DNA from: Tubiluchus corallicola | Lineage: Eukaryota; Animalia; Priapulida | DNA: 64,000 nucleotides | Direction: 5' to 3' | NCBI GenBank assembly: GCA_030141605.1 | Contig: JAQGDQ010000472.1 | Span: 62,001 to 126,000 of the forward strand | In this document: positions 1 to 64,000 of the stretch, in pieces | Layout: each line of letters starts with the position of its first letter | Position numbering within the stretch: position 1 is the stretch's first letter | Notes under the pieces: generated by a model | Seen by the model: the letters and a program-made list of their open reading frames with translations, nothing else | What the model was told of the DNA's origin: nothing | Database searches by the model: none | Translations under genes and position numbers: made by a program

Positions 1-63188
<63,188 letters not shown>

Positions 63189-63236
63189 CTAGAGAACAAA
63201 AGTAGAAACAGAAAATTAATGAGTTTTGTAATATGT

Positions 63237-63610
63237 ACGGCTTAATTTGTAATAATTGTGGCTCAATTTGTAATAATTACGGCTTAATTTGTAATAATTA
63301 CGGCTCAATTTGTAATAATTACGGCTTAATTTGTAATAATTACGGCTTAAATTGTAATAATTATGGCTTAATTTGTAATAATTACGGCTCAATTTGTAAT
63401 AATTACGGCTTAATTTGTAATAATTACGGCTTAATTTGTAATAATTACGGCTTAATTTCTAATAATTACGGCTTAATTTCTAATAATTACGGCTTAATTT
63501 CTAATAATTACGGCTTAATTTCTAATAACTACGGCTTAATTTCTAATAATTACGGCTTATTTTGTAATAATTACGGCTTAATTTCTAATAATTACGGCTT
63601 AATTTCTAAG
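63237..63610. repeat. 21-bp minisatellite
   Basis: Unit ACGGCTTAATTTGTAATAATT. Confidence 0.93.
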
Positions 63611-64000
63611 ATAATAACATAACATAACATAACATAATATAACATCACATATATCATATATCATATCATATTATACTATACTATATTATACTATGTTATG
63701 TTATATTACGTTATGTTACATAACGTTACATTACATTACATTACACTATATTATATTAGTATTCTGAATTCCACATATATCAAAGAGCCATAATCTTTTC
63801 AGTGTTTTGGGCCCTTAAGGTCTTCACCCGGCCCTGCGTGTAACGCAAAATTTTTTGAAAATGGCAAACATTAAATCTAGCAAATGTTGGGGTAAAATTA
63901 AGCATCTTTAACAACATGAGGGCGCTAGCACTGCACTTTTGCTGATACGTTAACAAATTTTTTTTCGATGGAAGGTCGGAGAAAATTCTGCTTGACAGAG

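Overview
AT-rich, repeat-laden animal (probably invertebrate) genomic DNA. The whole window lies inside one minus-strand polycystin-1-like (PKD1L2/PKDREJ-type) gene. I traced 32 consecutive GT-AG exons by hand with continuous reading phase, from REJ through GAIN/GPS, TM1, the intracellular PLAT and TM2-6 to the start of the TOP domain. The gene runs off both ends of the window. Its most unusual feature is a roughly 400-aa insert in the GAIN region just before the GPS. The insert has a 42-cysteine module with mirror-symmetric Cx3Cx6 spacing (a probable disulfide-stapled helical hairpin) followed by a second, apparently extracellular PLAT domain. A two-exon plus-strand LRR/mucin-stalk/TM receptor gene is nested in the intron after TM1. 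The introns are filled with MITEs (hAT-, Tc1/mariner-, piggyBac-, Kolobok-, Harbinger- and Helitron-like), a 5S-derived SINE, two tRNA-derived SINEs, LINE remnants and many minisatellites, several of which multiply splice-site signals. All calls come from reading the sequence; no database searches were run.
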